Positions 1-12,550 of a stretch of DNA of 64,000 nt are shown one piece after another. The notes beneath the pieces are model-generated. The model worked only from the letters and a program-made list of their open reading frames with translations, was not told where the DNA came from and searched no databases. Each line of letters opens with the position of its first letter. The stretch's first letter is position 1. This DNA is from Octopus bimaculoides (lineage: Eukaryota), in assembly GCF_001194135.2 (NCBI RefSeq), contig NC_068983.1, positions 145,324,165 to 145,388,164 of the forward strand, read 5' to 3'. The position numbers and the translations under genes are program-made.

Positions 1-128
1 TTATTATATCAATTTATGTATGCTAAACTGTTCCATTTTCTACTGTGATCATAACTTTAGATTGGTTTATTGTTTTACAAAATTGCTAATAAAAAGTACA
101 AAAAATGATAATAAAATGTTTGTCATAC

Positions 129-266
129 CAAAGTAATAGCATTTGGACTCTGTTTCTTCATATTTTTCAACCCAGCTCTCATTCCAGCCATGAGCAAAGT
201 CTACCAAAAGGATCAGTTGTATCAGGATGAAGAGCAAACCTCCAGCCATACCAATTCCCATCCAAG
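129..266 (-). CDS. SERINC: SERINC coding exon 5: (A)[45 protein letters not shown](G); gene continues beyond the left edge
   Basis: 138 nt, TTTTGACAG acceptor and GTATGA donor, phases 1 to 1. Contains the conserved [20 protein letters not shown] motif. Confidence 0.96.
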
Positions 267-566
267 CTGTCAAAACAAGATTGTAAGAATAAGAAATTAC
301 TCTTTCCCTTTTTAACAGAAAGTCTAGGTGTATGCATGGTTGTATTTCAGAAGTTCATTTCCTAACCTTATTTTCAACTAGATGAGGGTTGATGACAGAA
401 AAGACATCCTGCCAAAGAAAATCTGCCTCAATGAATTTCATCTGACCCATGCCAACAAGGAAAATGAAAGTTAAGACTATGAAGGTTATGATGATAAAAG
501 CAAATTTAGGCTAAACATTGCACCAAGAAGAGGATTCAAGTTAATATCTAGAAAAAAACAACTTAC

Positions 567-646
567 CCTGACCAAAGGCCCCACGAGGAATGAAAAAAGC
601 AGCAATTACAAGTCCAATCAAGATAAGGAATTTGAAGAACCAAAAC
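567..646 (-). CDS. SERINC: SERINC coding exon 4: (G)FWFFKFLILIGLVIAAFFIPRGAFGQ
   Basis: 80 nt, TTTCCAG acceptor and GTAAGT donor, phases 2 to 1. Completes the QNGFWFFK motif. Confidence 0.96.
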
Positions 647-1128
647 CTGGAAAGCAAAAAAAAGTCAATATATTAATCATTTGTATGAATACTGACTCAC
701 ACAAAATATGAGTTTCTACATCAGAACATGCATATATCATGCTACACACAGAATGTCAACTCTCATCAGCAGCCATTCTGGGATGCCATCTCTATGGATT
801 TTAGTGAATTACAATGACCCCCACCAATACCTTGTCTTGTACTAAGTTTATCAATCTTGTAGTGGCCAAATATCATAGTCTGCCTTGGTCGAAAGGAATG
901 CACTTCAGATGGAAGTAGATACCACTTTTTAGTATTTTTCTTCACTCAGCAATTTTATTGAACCATCCTTGTCAAATACACACCCACGTGTGTGTGTGTG
1001 TGTGTGTGTGTGTGGTTACTGATGACCTGACTGTAGAAAATTTGCCTCAACAAATTCCATCTAACTCATATAATCATGGAAAAATGGATGTTAAACAATG
1101 ATGATATATACATACATACATACATACA

Positions 1129-1159
<31 letters not shown>

Positions 1160-1907
1160 GCCACACACAAAAACTATCTTCCTGGTTAACCTTCTTTTGA
1201 TATTGCTGCACCTTTTATGTGTCCATAGCTTACACCAGGTACATCGTATGGAGTTTCTACCCATGCCTTTTCCACAGATTGAGCAGGTTGATAGTTTAAA
1301 AATATAGATTTAAGCACAAGCATGGCAGGATGGTGAAGAAGTTCAGTTTACAAACATATATTTTCAACACAGGCTTTCTGACAAAACACTTGTTCAAGGT
1401 GTCGTTCATCTGAATCAAACCTAGAACCAAGAGGTTACAATGTCAATTTCTTAGCCAAACAGCCATACCTGCATCTAGTTAGTATATTCCAGTACAAACT
1501 AGATAACTTCATTACCTCCATCAGCTGAAACCTTACTAAAGTCACCTTAATGTACAATATCCCTCAGCACATTACTGCTTACTTTAATGAGCACAATTGC
1601 TCTTACCACCACCATTTTATAATTCCATTATTTAACTGCAACAACCTATTCATAGTAAGGTCACCTGAAGTATCATTATAGTTATTTAGCCTGCCTTAGA
1701 ATCACAATGGAATGACTGGTATTGTGCCACCTACATTCAAGCCTGCCTCACACATTTTTCCATTGGATATCAATATTAAAATACCATCTCAAAAAAATAT
1801 GCAAACATTTCAAACATAAATATTATACAAATAAATAGGATACAAGAATTGGCAATTAACAAAAATTATACTTTAAAAAAATAAAAACCTAAATTGCTGC
1901 ATCTTAC

Positions 1908-2101
1908 CCATTTTGTATTCCAGATCTCGGATCACGTGATGACTTTACATTTATCATAATAATGCTGAACAGGAAAAAAAATGCAGTTGTTGCAAAGCAA
2001 ACTCTATAGACAGACAAATAGCCAACAACTTCATCACAAAACACTGTTCTGTTGGTTTGAGGCAATGAGGGACCAAAGAAGTTATTACAAAGCCCTGGTA
2101 T
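1908..2101 (-). CDS. SERINC: SERINC coding exon 3: IPGLCNNFF...CDEVVGYLSVYRVCFATTAFFFLFSIIMINVKSSRDPRSGIQNG
   Basis: 194 nt, TTTCCAG acceptor and GTAAGA donor, phases 0 to 2. Contains the SERINC motifs GYxxVYRVCF and VKSSRDPRxxIQNG. Confidence 0.96.
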
Positions 2102-3083
2102 CTGGAAATATGAAATAAAAACATTAAAAAAATATAATAATACAATCAGTGAAATATTAAATCAATTAAAATATATCTAACTTTCTCACAACTACTCTGT
2201 CTCTGTGTATGTTTATGGGGACACACACCAACACATGTACAGTTTCTCACTTAACACACATTACCTCTAAATTTTGTTTACCTAAAATTGTCCAGTTCTT
2301 CCATAATAATTCACTCAGACTTCCTTCTACCTGCCTACTTTTCTGTTGGACACAATATCCACAGTCAATTGAATTCTCAGTGCTATCCTAATGAATATCA
2401 TGTCTTTCGTTGTCAGAAGCTAAGATATATTTCGTTAATTTGCTACATTCATTCATTTCTCTATTGTTTGCTTAATGTAATATTCTACCTCTTGGTCGAT
2501 ATGTTCTCTCTCACTCTCGCTCTCTCTTTTCTCTTTTTGGATACTTGGATTTTAACCACTGTACAAAGCTTAAAGTGTTAGCTTGCCCATAAAGCATTCA
2601 TCCCACCACAAAATACCAGAAATATATTCTGATTTACTCTCCTCATAAGTAACCAGCCTTCAACCTTCCTCTGAGTTCCATTGTCTTACTTTGTATTATA
2701 TACATATCTTGTAACCAGTACTACTACCCCTCCTCTCTCTCCTATATCAAGCAGCTGAGGTTACAAATCCATCAAAACTTCTACTACCACCATCACCACC
2801 AATTCTTATTTAGGCACAAAATTGACAATTTTGAGAGGGATAGGACAGTTGGTTACATTAACCTCAAAATTACATGATTGTAATAATGAATGGCAAAGTT
2901 AATTTCTAAATGACATAACAAGGTATCACTTGATAATTACATTTCTCAGAAGCATCTCAGTTTTGTCAACGAAGAAGCAGATGTAAGCATTATTTAAAGT
3001 TAACTTTAAAAAACAATTCACAAAAAAAATAAAATGGGATTAAATGATTGGCACCAGACGGATTTAACATGAAATAGACTTAC

Positions 3084-3248
3084 CTTGCCAAGTTCTGTTC
3101 GTAAGTTTGGTATAAGCATAATGCTTGCAACAATTGTACTGAATAAGAGCATGAGTGCATAGCCAATCCGACTTGCAGTAGAACTTTTGCAAGATGGGCA
3201 TGCTGAACAACAAAGGGAACACGCAGCACTGCCACAACAACAGGCTAA
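3084..3248 (-). CDS. SERINC: SERINC coding exon 2: LACCCGSAACSLCCSACPSCKSSTASRIGYALMLLFSTIVASIMLIPNLRTELGK
   Basis: 165 nt, TTTTTCAG acceptor and GTAAGT donor. Cys-rich N-terminal segment plus first TM helix, characteristic of SERINC proteins. Confidence 0.96.
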
Positions 3249-5716
3249 CTGAAAAAGAAAATGGGGAAAATAGAGACTGGTGTTTTTCAAGTAATTTAAC
3301 AATTCAGTGGTCAGCATCATGGTCAATATTGACACCTAGGGGTGTCTATATGGCAATCCAAGGAGTCAATAAACATTTGACATGGTTTTAAGCATTAAGA
3401 ATGTTGAATTATATACAAATTGAATCTAGAAAAGCATAGTAATTTAAGGAAAAAGCTCACTAATTACCAGCCAAATATCAATGCGATGACTAGTATTCAC
3501 CAACACATATTTCATATTAAATATATCAATATCATATATCAATATGACTGAATTTTTATTGTTATTTTTATTAATTTCATTTAGTACTTTCATTTTAGAT
3601 ATCATTAAATATTTCTTAATAAAAAGTGATAATGACTCAAAAGAACAAAGAAATTGCTGTTTTTAAATCAAGAAATTTTTTATTAGTAATACTTTATAAT
3701 TTTATTTCAGAAATTCACATGACGGGAGTCAATAAATTATCAACAATCCCTTGAAGGGATCAATGATATAAGAAGTTTGCCGATCTCTGAATGAATTAAT
3801 CTTTTCATTATCTTCCTGAGACTGCCACTCATCCTAGAATATATATTTAAATTAAAACATTCCATCATAATGTTATGACAGAACTTTTTGCTATAATCTG
3901 TTCTAAAAACCAACTTAATAACGACACAGTTACCTTCCAATTCTTGATTACTTTAAAATTTAGAAGAAATACACATTATATTTCATTAGAACTAGGGTCA
4001 TGAAATGGTTAAATGATTTGGGGATTTCAGTAGCTTTTTTCATTGTTGTTGTTTGTGTGCATGTGTGTGTTTTTATCACATTATGGAAGGCTGAAGTGTT
4101 CTAGTTCATTTATGACTCATTCCAGGTAATAACATCTTAATTCCATTGCCCACCCCCACCCCCTCACCCCAATCACACCTTTAATAGAAAATAAAACCAA
4201 AATATAAAGAAAAACATTAAGTGGGGAATGTCAATCATGTGAACTGACCAGTTAAAAGATCTTTTTAGAAATTTCACTTTGTTGCTTAACCTTTTTAGCA
4301 TTTAAAATGGCCATATCCAGCTCAAATATTCTACTTATTTTATGCCAAAACTAGCCAGATCTGGCCTCTCACACCTACTTTATGATGTCATTTTAAAAGC
4401 AAGCAATCATATCATCAAAATCTCAAAGCTATGAGATAATGCATAATTAATTCAAAGTAATGTGAATAAATAAGCATTACGTTTGTCTGATTAATGTGAA
4501 TGCTAAGGGATTAACCTTTCTTCAAAGCAAATCAGTTCTAAAAACAGAGCCTGTGAAAACTAAAAAATGTAATGATAGGAAAAATATAAACCTTTGAGAA
4601 CTGTAGCAGTTTTTAAACCTGTAATGTGTTATTTCTCTGTATAAAGAGAACTATTATGTATGTATAAGGAAATAAGTTAGTGAAAACAGATTATCAAAAA
4701 TAGCAAGAATTAGTTCAGTGTATTCATCATCGTCATTAATTTCCACTTTTCATGTTTGCATTGAGTCAGAGGGAACTTTGTTAAGGCAGGTTTTGTACAG
4801 TTGGATGCCCTTCTTCACAAACCTATACCAGTCTCCAAGCATGGTAATATTTCCTCGTGGCCAGACAAATTTTCACAGAAGACTTGGAAAATGAACAACA
4901 TTACTTGTGTGACGGTGGTGCTCATTTACAATCATCACATGACATAGAGATAAGAATACACACAAACATGTGTGTCACAGTATGATGATGAGAAGATAAG
5001 ATCTCTCTCTCTCTCTCTCTTGTTCGTGGCATTTCCCTTTCCAGTAGCTAGTACTGGAGAAGAGATACCCCACCAAATTCAACCACAAAGCTTTGGTCAG
5101 CCCAGTGACCAAGGTGTCATGCAATGGGACCAAACTCAAAACATGCAACTGTGAAACAAACCTTTTAACTACACATCCATGTCTGTGCCTATGGCCATAT
5201 TCGCATCATCTACATGTGTGTGTGTGTGTGCAAGCGTATGTGTGCACACACCTTTGTGATTGTGTTTGTTTCTCACTGCTTGAGGACCAGTGCTGGTTTA
5301 TGTCCCCTTAACTTAGAAGTTCAACAAAAACTACCAACAGAATAAGTACAAAACTAAATAAGTACTGGGATATGAGTGACTAAATCCTTCAAGAGAGTGT
5401 TCCAGCATGACCACAGTCCAATGACTGAAACAACTAAAAGAATAAAGATTAATATTCTTTTAATCCTCAAAATTCTTGCTTAATGTTAAAAATAGACGCG
5501 TTCAAGCTTCACCCTAATCATCCTCATTATTCACAACACTTCTTTGCTTTTCCATTCATCAAACATTCATGTTACTGGTGTAGAAACCAAATATTTTGCA
5601 ATCCTTTATTTACTCTATATAACAAGGTTTCAGATGTAGTATGCAAGTGGAGATTGTGCTGGTACAGTCATGTAATGCATATGAAGACAGATGCATCAAT
5701 AATTGCTGATCTGTAA

Positions 5717-5870
5717 TTGTGGAAGGAATATGTGGAAGGGGTAGACCCAGGAAGAGGTGGGACAAAGTGGTGAGAAAAGATCTTCAGACACTGGAGCTCA
5801 CAGAGGGGTGACAACGAATCAAGACTACTGGCAGTTTACTGTGCTTAAGAAGACACATCAAGCTAACTAA
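5717..5870 (+). mobile_element. RTE-clade LINE 3' end fragment
   Basis: IVEGICGRGRPRKRWDKVVRKDLQTLELTE, the RTE C-terminal GRPRKxW motif. Confidence 0.75.
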
Positions 5871-6062
5871 AATCATGGTTTTTCCTTGCATACAGGAACG
5901 ATTACAAAAGAAGTATTTATAATGTTTTGTGCATAAGCTCTTCATCAAAATGTCAACATGACAAAAGAACTTGTTGATATAGATCAGTGCTTCTCAACCA
6001 ATCCTATTTCTAGAAGACTGGCATTGAAATTTATCAATGCCTTTACTGAAATTTTATATATT

Positions 6063-6114
<52 letters not shown>

Positions 6115-8473
6115 AGAGAGAGGAAGATGGATCTATTAAATGCACTCACATGGTTACTATAGGAGACAATTGCACAAAACACTGGGCAGTGGAACTAAAA
6201 CTGAACTCACATGGAAAGGTAACTTAACTGCATAGTTATACAAGCACTATGACATAAAATATCACTGAACTTGATAAACTGAATAGCTTTTACCTATCAC
6301 CACAATGCTCACAAGACCATCATCCAAAACACAAAGATGCTGCCATGCATTTTACAGGCAAGGCAGCAAAACTCTCCTACCTTCAAACCTGTAGCCCTTT
6401 CGGTCCCTTGCCAAAAAGATCTCTACCCCTTGCCACCACTTCTCAACCAAGATGGCTTCACAAGCATTACAGCCACAGAGACATATATGCAGCCTTCTTT
6501 GCATCAACTCTGCCAAGACAATCTCTCTCTCTCCATTTCACCAGACTCACTGCTATGTATATAAATACTCCAAGGGCAAAAACACTTCCAGTTGCTTCAA
6601 ACGATCAAAGATAAGCATATCTCATTACATCTCCCACATGACCAAAATTCATTATTCCTAACACCCTATCAATAAAGTGGTTAACATGTAGACGCACTGC
6701 ATCAGTTCAATGAACAGAACCATCATCATTTGTTTGTTCATTTTTACATCAGTTACGCTTGTTATGCCTCTTCAATCTCACTACAGGGATCAATCTTATT
6801 ATTTTGAAACATTACAATGTGCCCCATTCCCATTCACCTAAACAAAATATAATCACAGTCCTCTCAACTAGCTTCGTTGAATACTAACTCTTCTTAGGCC
6901 CACCCATCTTACCAAACACTATTGATCCTATTGTGTTTCTCCCCCCAAATTCCATATGAACCGCATCTCTCAATCACCATTACCAAATTTATACATCACT
7001 CTATTAAATTCTCTCCAACTGACATTTTCCTCCCATCTCTCGATCTGCAAATGCTGAACATCAAGTTTCGTATAGCCTGTCCCTTTCTCTAAGGATACAG
7101 CATAAAAATTAAATCCCTAAAACTAGACACAAAGATATTAAGAGTCCTCTCACTTCTATACCTAATGTCTATAAATTGATCGATGTCATTGCTTTAAATT
7201 ATACCAATAAATAGAACTGAGCTCAATGTTCGTCTATTCAAAACAGGACAAATTCTCAAGTACAAGTTTATGTCGTTTAAGCCAAAGTTAACTCTGATCA
7301 AAAATATCTATAATTAAAAAACATTCCAGCTATGACCATCCCGTCTTTTTAAGAATGTTCTATCCTTATATAAGACGAGAGGGAATGATTTAAGTGAGAT
7401 TTTGCTACTTCTTCTAGCAGGCCGAGCGACCACATAGTGGTTCCTACGCTGACAAATTAGCTAAATGGGTTTGGGACATAAGATACTAACACAGCAGAAC
7501 AGAGATAGAGACTACATCTGGTACTATATATCTATGCAGCATTTACTTATCAGTCGAGTTATAAATAAACACCTTTTCAACACGTAACTTGTGAGTCACA
7601 GGAAAAACAACGTTTTGACAACTGCAGCCAACGCAAAATGTTTTTCTCAGCCGACCAAATGTTAAAACCCAAGATGCATTAGATTCTCTAGTTTTATTTA
7701 GAGAACTACCAGCAGAATCCACTAGGCTTTGACACCTGGGATTTTTTTTGTTTGTTTATTTTTATTTACTTATTTATTTATTTACTTATTCATTTATTTC
7801 GTATTTACATTTGAAATCAGACTGATAATATACACAGAAAATCGTGTTTAATCTTCGGGATGAAAATAATAGCACACGACTAACGTAAGCACGAAAGAAA
7901 TGGCGATTTACATGCGTGTAAATTAAATGAAAACGTACAAGGTGACAAGTTTAACTCTTTTTTTTTTTTAATATACATTGTCACATTTACCTCTTGGAAA
8001 AACATGTATGTCACTACCGTGTTAATCACCTGGGACGAGAGAGAATGTCTACGTGGTTAGCTAAAAACTGCAGGCAAATAACCTTTAAATCACACACCTA
8101 GTATCTTAACATATTGGACAATGTAGTCCTAGATATACCAACTACAGAAAACGAGATGGTCACGGTTAAAACGCCTATGATCATAAATTAGTCTGCTCAA
8201 TCACGCGCTAGTTAAGTTTTCCGTAAAACTGAAGCATTGCGTAAGAAATGGCTATACAAGCATGCGTGCACTTTGCATAAACACGTAGCTACGTGTGTAT
8301 GTGCGTAATAGAGGAACTGAGAGTAGGTCAAGGACCTCGACTTTCGTGCCAATGCACTTACCAAACATCAGTGGCACGAAGCAATTCGGCTAATAACAAT
8401 AGAAAAATATTTATGCTTTATGGAAGTTTGTTTCTCTAATTTGTAAGTCCAAATATATGAGAGAGGGAGAGAC

Positions 8474-8520
<47 letters not shown>

Positions 8521-8595
8521 AAGAGGCCAAATATACTCTACAACATATGTTCAGTACTCTTCACTCGTTTGTTAAATCTAAAAAACAAAATGCAC

Positions 8596-8641
<46 letters not shown>

Positions 8642-9481
8642 GTCTCTCTCTTTGTATGTACGTGTATACATACACACAGCGCGATTGATATTAGTGGCAT
8701 GTGTACATTTTCTGGTATGGGATTATCTATATTGTTGTTAAAATGACAAATATTCGGAGACTAGACAATGGAACTAGCAACGCGAGCAGAAAACCCAATA
8801 ACTACAAGAATGTAAACAACACTGTTACATGGCAATGCGAGCAAAACCGACTGCAACAATTTAACACCAGCTTCTAATGATCTGCATGCACAACTCTTTA
8901 TCGATTGTCAAAAACCAGTTGCATCACTGTTTTACATAATACTACTTCCAGCAAAGACATCGAGAGGCCTGCCTATCAGTGAGCTGTTTCTCGTTTTTAT
9001 ATTAGTAATGTTGCAGTGCCGAAGACTGCCGAAGACTGTCCAGTTCTGCATTCCTGGTAATAAATAACCAAGTGTTAATTCCAAGTGAACTTTCTGTCAA
9101 CTGTTTAGTCCCTACCTCAGCTCAGCCAGTATAATAATCAGCCCGCCTCGATTTCCCTTTGGCTTATTCAGAGATACACAGAGAGATCTAAATATTAGTT
9201 GTCTTGAAATGTAAGCAGCGCTATATAATATCTAATCGCTTCATACATACATATTGTGTGTATGTATATATATATATATATATATATATCATCATAAATA
9301 TACAGGGATTAGCATTGAGTTGCTTCTCCAACATACTGAAAATTTAGAAATAGCAGTCAAAGAACTATATTTATGATGATAAATGGTTTTACCGATAAAG
9401 GTTTTTTCATACTGAACTACTTGGCAAAATTGTTAATTATTAATTCTATTATTAATTGACGATTCCCTGCCCTTATTCTTG

Positions 9482-9528
<47 letters not shown>

Positions 9529-9650
9529 CNNNNNNNNNNNNNNNNNNNNNNNNNNNNNNNNNNNNNNNNNNNNNNNNNNNNNNNNNNNNNNNNNNNNNNN
9601 NNNNNNNNNNNNNNNNNNNNNNNNNNNNNNNNNNNNNNNNNNNNNNNNNN

Positions 9651-9693
<43 letters not shown>

Positions 9694-9696
<3 letters not shown>

Positions 9697-9814
9697 CAAC
9701 GCAATTTGTTGACTATCGTGTATGTTAAGTAATGATGATAATAATTGTTTGTAATTTTAATGAATAATAATGATTTTTCTTAATTAATAACGCTTATACA
9801 CACACAAACACAAT

Positions 9815-9853
<39 letters not shown>

Positions 9854-9953
9854 GCGTTATTAATTAAGAAACATCATTATTATTCATTAAAATTACAAAC
9901 AATAATTATCATCATTACTTAATATACACGATAGTCAACAAATTGCGTTGTTA
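9694..9953. repeat. 260-bp foldback (~115-bp arms around a CA/TG tract)
   Basis: TAACAACGCAATTTGTTGACTATCGTG... and ...CACGATAGTCAACAAATTGCGTTGTTA are reverse complements with few mismatches. Confidence 0.9.
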
Positions 9954-11109
9954 ATTAAAAGTCAGACAAGTTGACGTCACGTGATTGGCAGCACCTGCAG
10001 GACAGGTTTGCCGTTGAAATACTTTTGTACGCCACACTTTGCACTACTTGCGTATGTGAATAGTTATTGTTCCAAGTAGTAGGAAGTGAAAGAATGAAAA
10101 TTCTGAATCATGGGCTGAACCAAACTCATCAGGAGATAAGTAGGTCAGACGGAATTTATTTGAGGCTGATTTTTCTACAGCCAAATGCCCTTCCTGTTAC
10201 CAAGTAACGGAATATTTCTCCACAACCAGAGATGTTCTCGCAGAAATCAAACTATTGTTCGTATGATAGTGATATTCATCTACAACCACTACGCGATGCC
10301 AAGACAAGGGAACACACACATCTTTTACTTGTTTCATTCATTTGACTGTGGACATGTCAAACCCTATCTTGAAGAGTCTATTATCAACTCCGGTTTCATA
10401 TGGCCCATGTGATTCTATATAAGATTTATTGTCAAAAACTTACGTGCAATAAAATGGTTATATTTCTACAATACACCAAATATTTAAACAATTTTTTTAA
10501 TACAATTCCTAATAATACTTAATCACAAAAATATAATAGGATTTTTAGATATCAAATGGCTATTTGATGTATTTTTTACTCTCCCTGAGTAAAATAAGAA
10601 TCAAATGGGTTGATATGGAAAGAAATTATTGAGAACCACACTGGTTTAGTTGAACAAACCGAAACCAGTACTTCTTTTTCTAAATCTGGTACTTATTTTA
10701 TCAGCCTCTTTTAGCCAAATCACAAAGGATGTAAACAAACCAACACTGGTTATTATCAAGAGGTGGTGAGGGCAAACACATAGATATACACAAACAAATA
10801 GGCAAATAAAAACAGGAAAAAACAACAAAATTCAATTAGCTGTATCATTAAATTGACGCTCAGTTAAAGTGTTAGATGGAAGAAATAGGAGCAGAAATGA
10901 TATTTCAAGCATGGTTCTTCATCAGATAGAAGAAAAGGTCCAGAAAGGAGGAAAAAGAGAAAGGAGCAGAGAGTCATATATGGCAAGCTCCTTTCGGTTT
11001 CAATCATGGTTGAGAAGTAAAGTTCTTACCACACAGCCGTGCCTATGCTTAATTTAGCAAAGTTGAAAAGGTCCTTAGCAGGCCCTTTAGTTACAATAAA
11101 AGGAAAGTG

Positions 11110-11645
11110 TCATCATCATCATCGTTTAACGTCCGCTTTCCATGCTAGCAGAGGTTAGACGATTTGACCGAGGACTGGTGAACCAGATGGCTACACCAGG
11201 CTACAATCTGATTTGGCAGAATTTCTACAGCTGGATGCCCTTCCTAACGCCAACCACTCCAAGAGTGAAGTGGGTGCTTTTACATGCCACCGGCACGAAG
11301 GCCAGTCAGGCGGTACTGGCAATGGCCACGCTCAAAATGGTGTATTTTACATGCCACCTGCACAGGAGCCAGTCCAGCGGCACTGGCAACGATCTCGCTC
11401 GAATGACTTTTCATGTGCCACTGGCACAAGTGCCAGGAACGCAAAGCTGTTGTACAAGTGCCAGGAAGGCGACGCTGGTAACGATCACGCTTGAACGGTG
11501 ATGCCATCACAATTTCGCTTTCATGTGTTAATATATACAGCATATAAATTACATTTCATGATGATCAGATTGGAGCCTGGTGCAGCCTACTGGCTTGCCA
11601 CTTCCCCAGTCAAACTGTCCAACCCATGCCAGCATGGAAAACAGA
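11110..11645. mobile_element. Dispersed repeat family D ((CAT)n-TTTAACGTCCGCTTTCCATGC...CTGGATGCCCTTCCTAACGCCAACC), probably retroposon-derived
   Basis: The core recurs at ~4730-4900, 12620-12800, 19480-19690 (reverse complement), 20255-20430 and 20820-20960. Confidence 0.7.
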
Positions 11646-12124
11646 CATTAAACAATGATGATGGCAAAGGGAGATCTTGTAATCAATAAAGAAATCTCCA
11701 GGTATATGAATGAATAAATAAATAAAGAACGAAAGAAGCCTTTACATAGTTATTTGACCAGCTGAAACTCTCAAATCACAACCTACTGTCTTAAAAAAAA
11801 GATTACATTGGATAATGCAGTGCTTGAGATAGTGTCTAAAAGCACAGTGCGATGATCAGGACAGACACGCCTTTAACCTATTCCATAGAAGTGACCTGTT
11901 CTATAAAACAGGGTCAGTTTCATAGAACAGGCCTGTTCTATGAAACTGACCTGGGATTATATAACAATGAATAGGGAGGAAGCTAACTACTACAAAGCTA
12001 ATATAAACAATGTGAGGTTAGATATTTTGGTTATAAGACTTAGTGTAGCTTATCTAAAACTTCGAGTTTGTTACATGCTTTTATATAACATATTTAACAG
12101 ATGATAATGAAAAATATTTTGGGA

Positions 12125-12347
12125 TACTCTTTTACTCTTTTATCCGTTTCAGTCATGTGACTGTGGCCATGCTGGAGCACCCCCTTTAGTCGAGCAAATC
12201 GACCCCAGGACTTATTCTTTGTAAGCCTAGTACTTATTCCATCGATTTCTTTTGCCGAACCACTAAGTTACGAGAACGCAAACATACCAACATCGGTTGT
12301 CAAGTGATGGTGGGGGGACAAACACAGACACACAAACATATACACAC

Positions 12348-12386
<39 letters not shown>

Positions 12387-12550
12387 CGACGGGCTTCTTT
12401 CAGTTTCCATCTATCAAATCCACTCACAAGGCTTTGGCCGGCCCGAGGCTATAGTAGAAGACACTTGCCAAAGGTGCCACGCAGTGGGACTGAACCGGGA
12501 ACCATGTGGTTGGCAAGCAAGCTACTTACCACACAGCCACTCCTGCGCCT
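12125..12550 (-). mobile_element. SINE family A copy in SERINC intron 1
   Basis: Reverse complement of the 61163-61685 element. Confidence 0.85.

Noticed and set aside
9370-9415. Box C/D-like ATGATGA...CTGA
   Set aside because: Too short (~45 nt), antisense to the host gene, and no terminal stem.
9417-9728. ORFs running through N gaps (also ~20000, 28700, 30750, 58000, 61200)
   Set aside because: They are open only because of Ns and (TA)n/(GT)n microsatellites.
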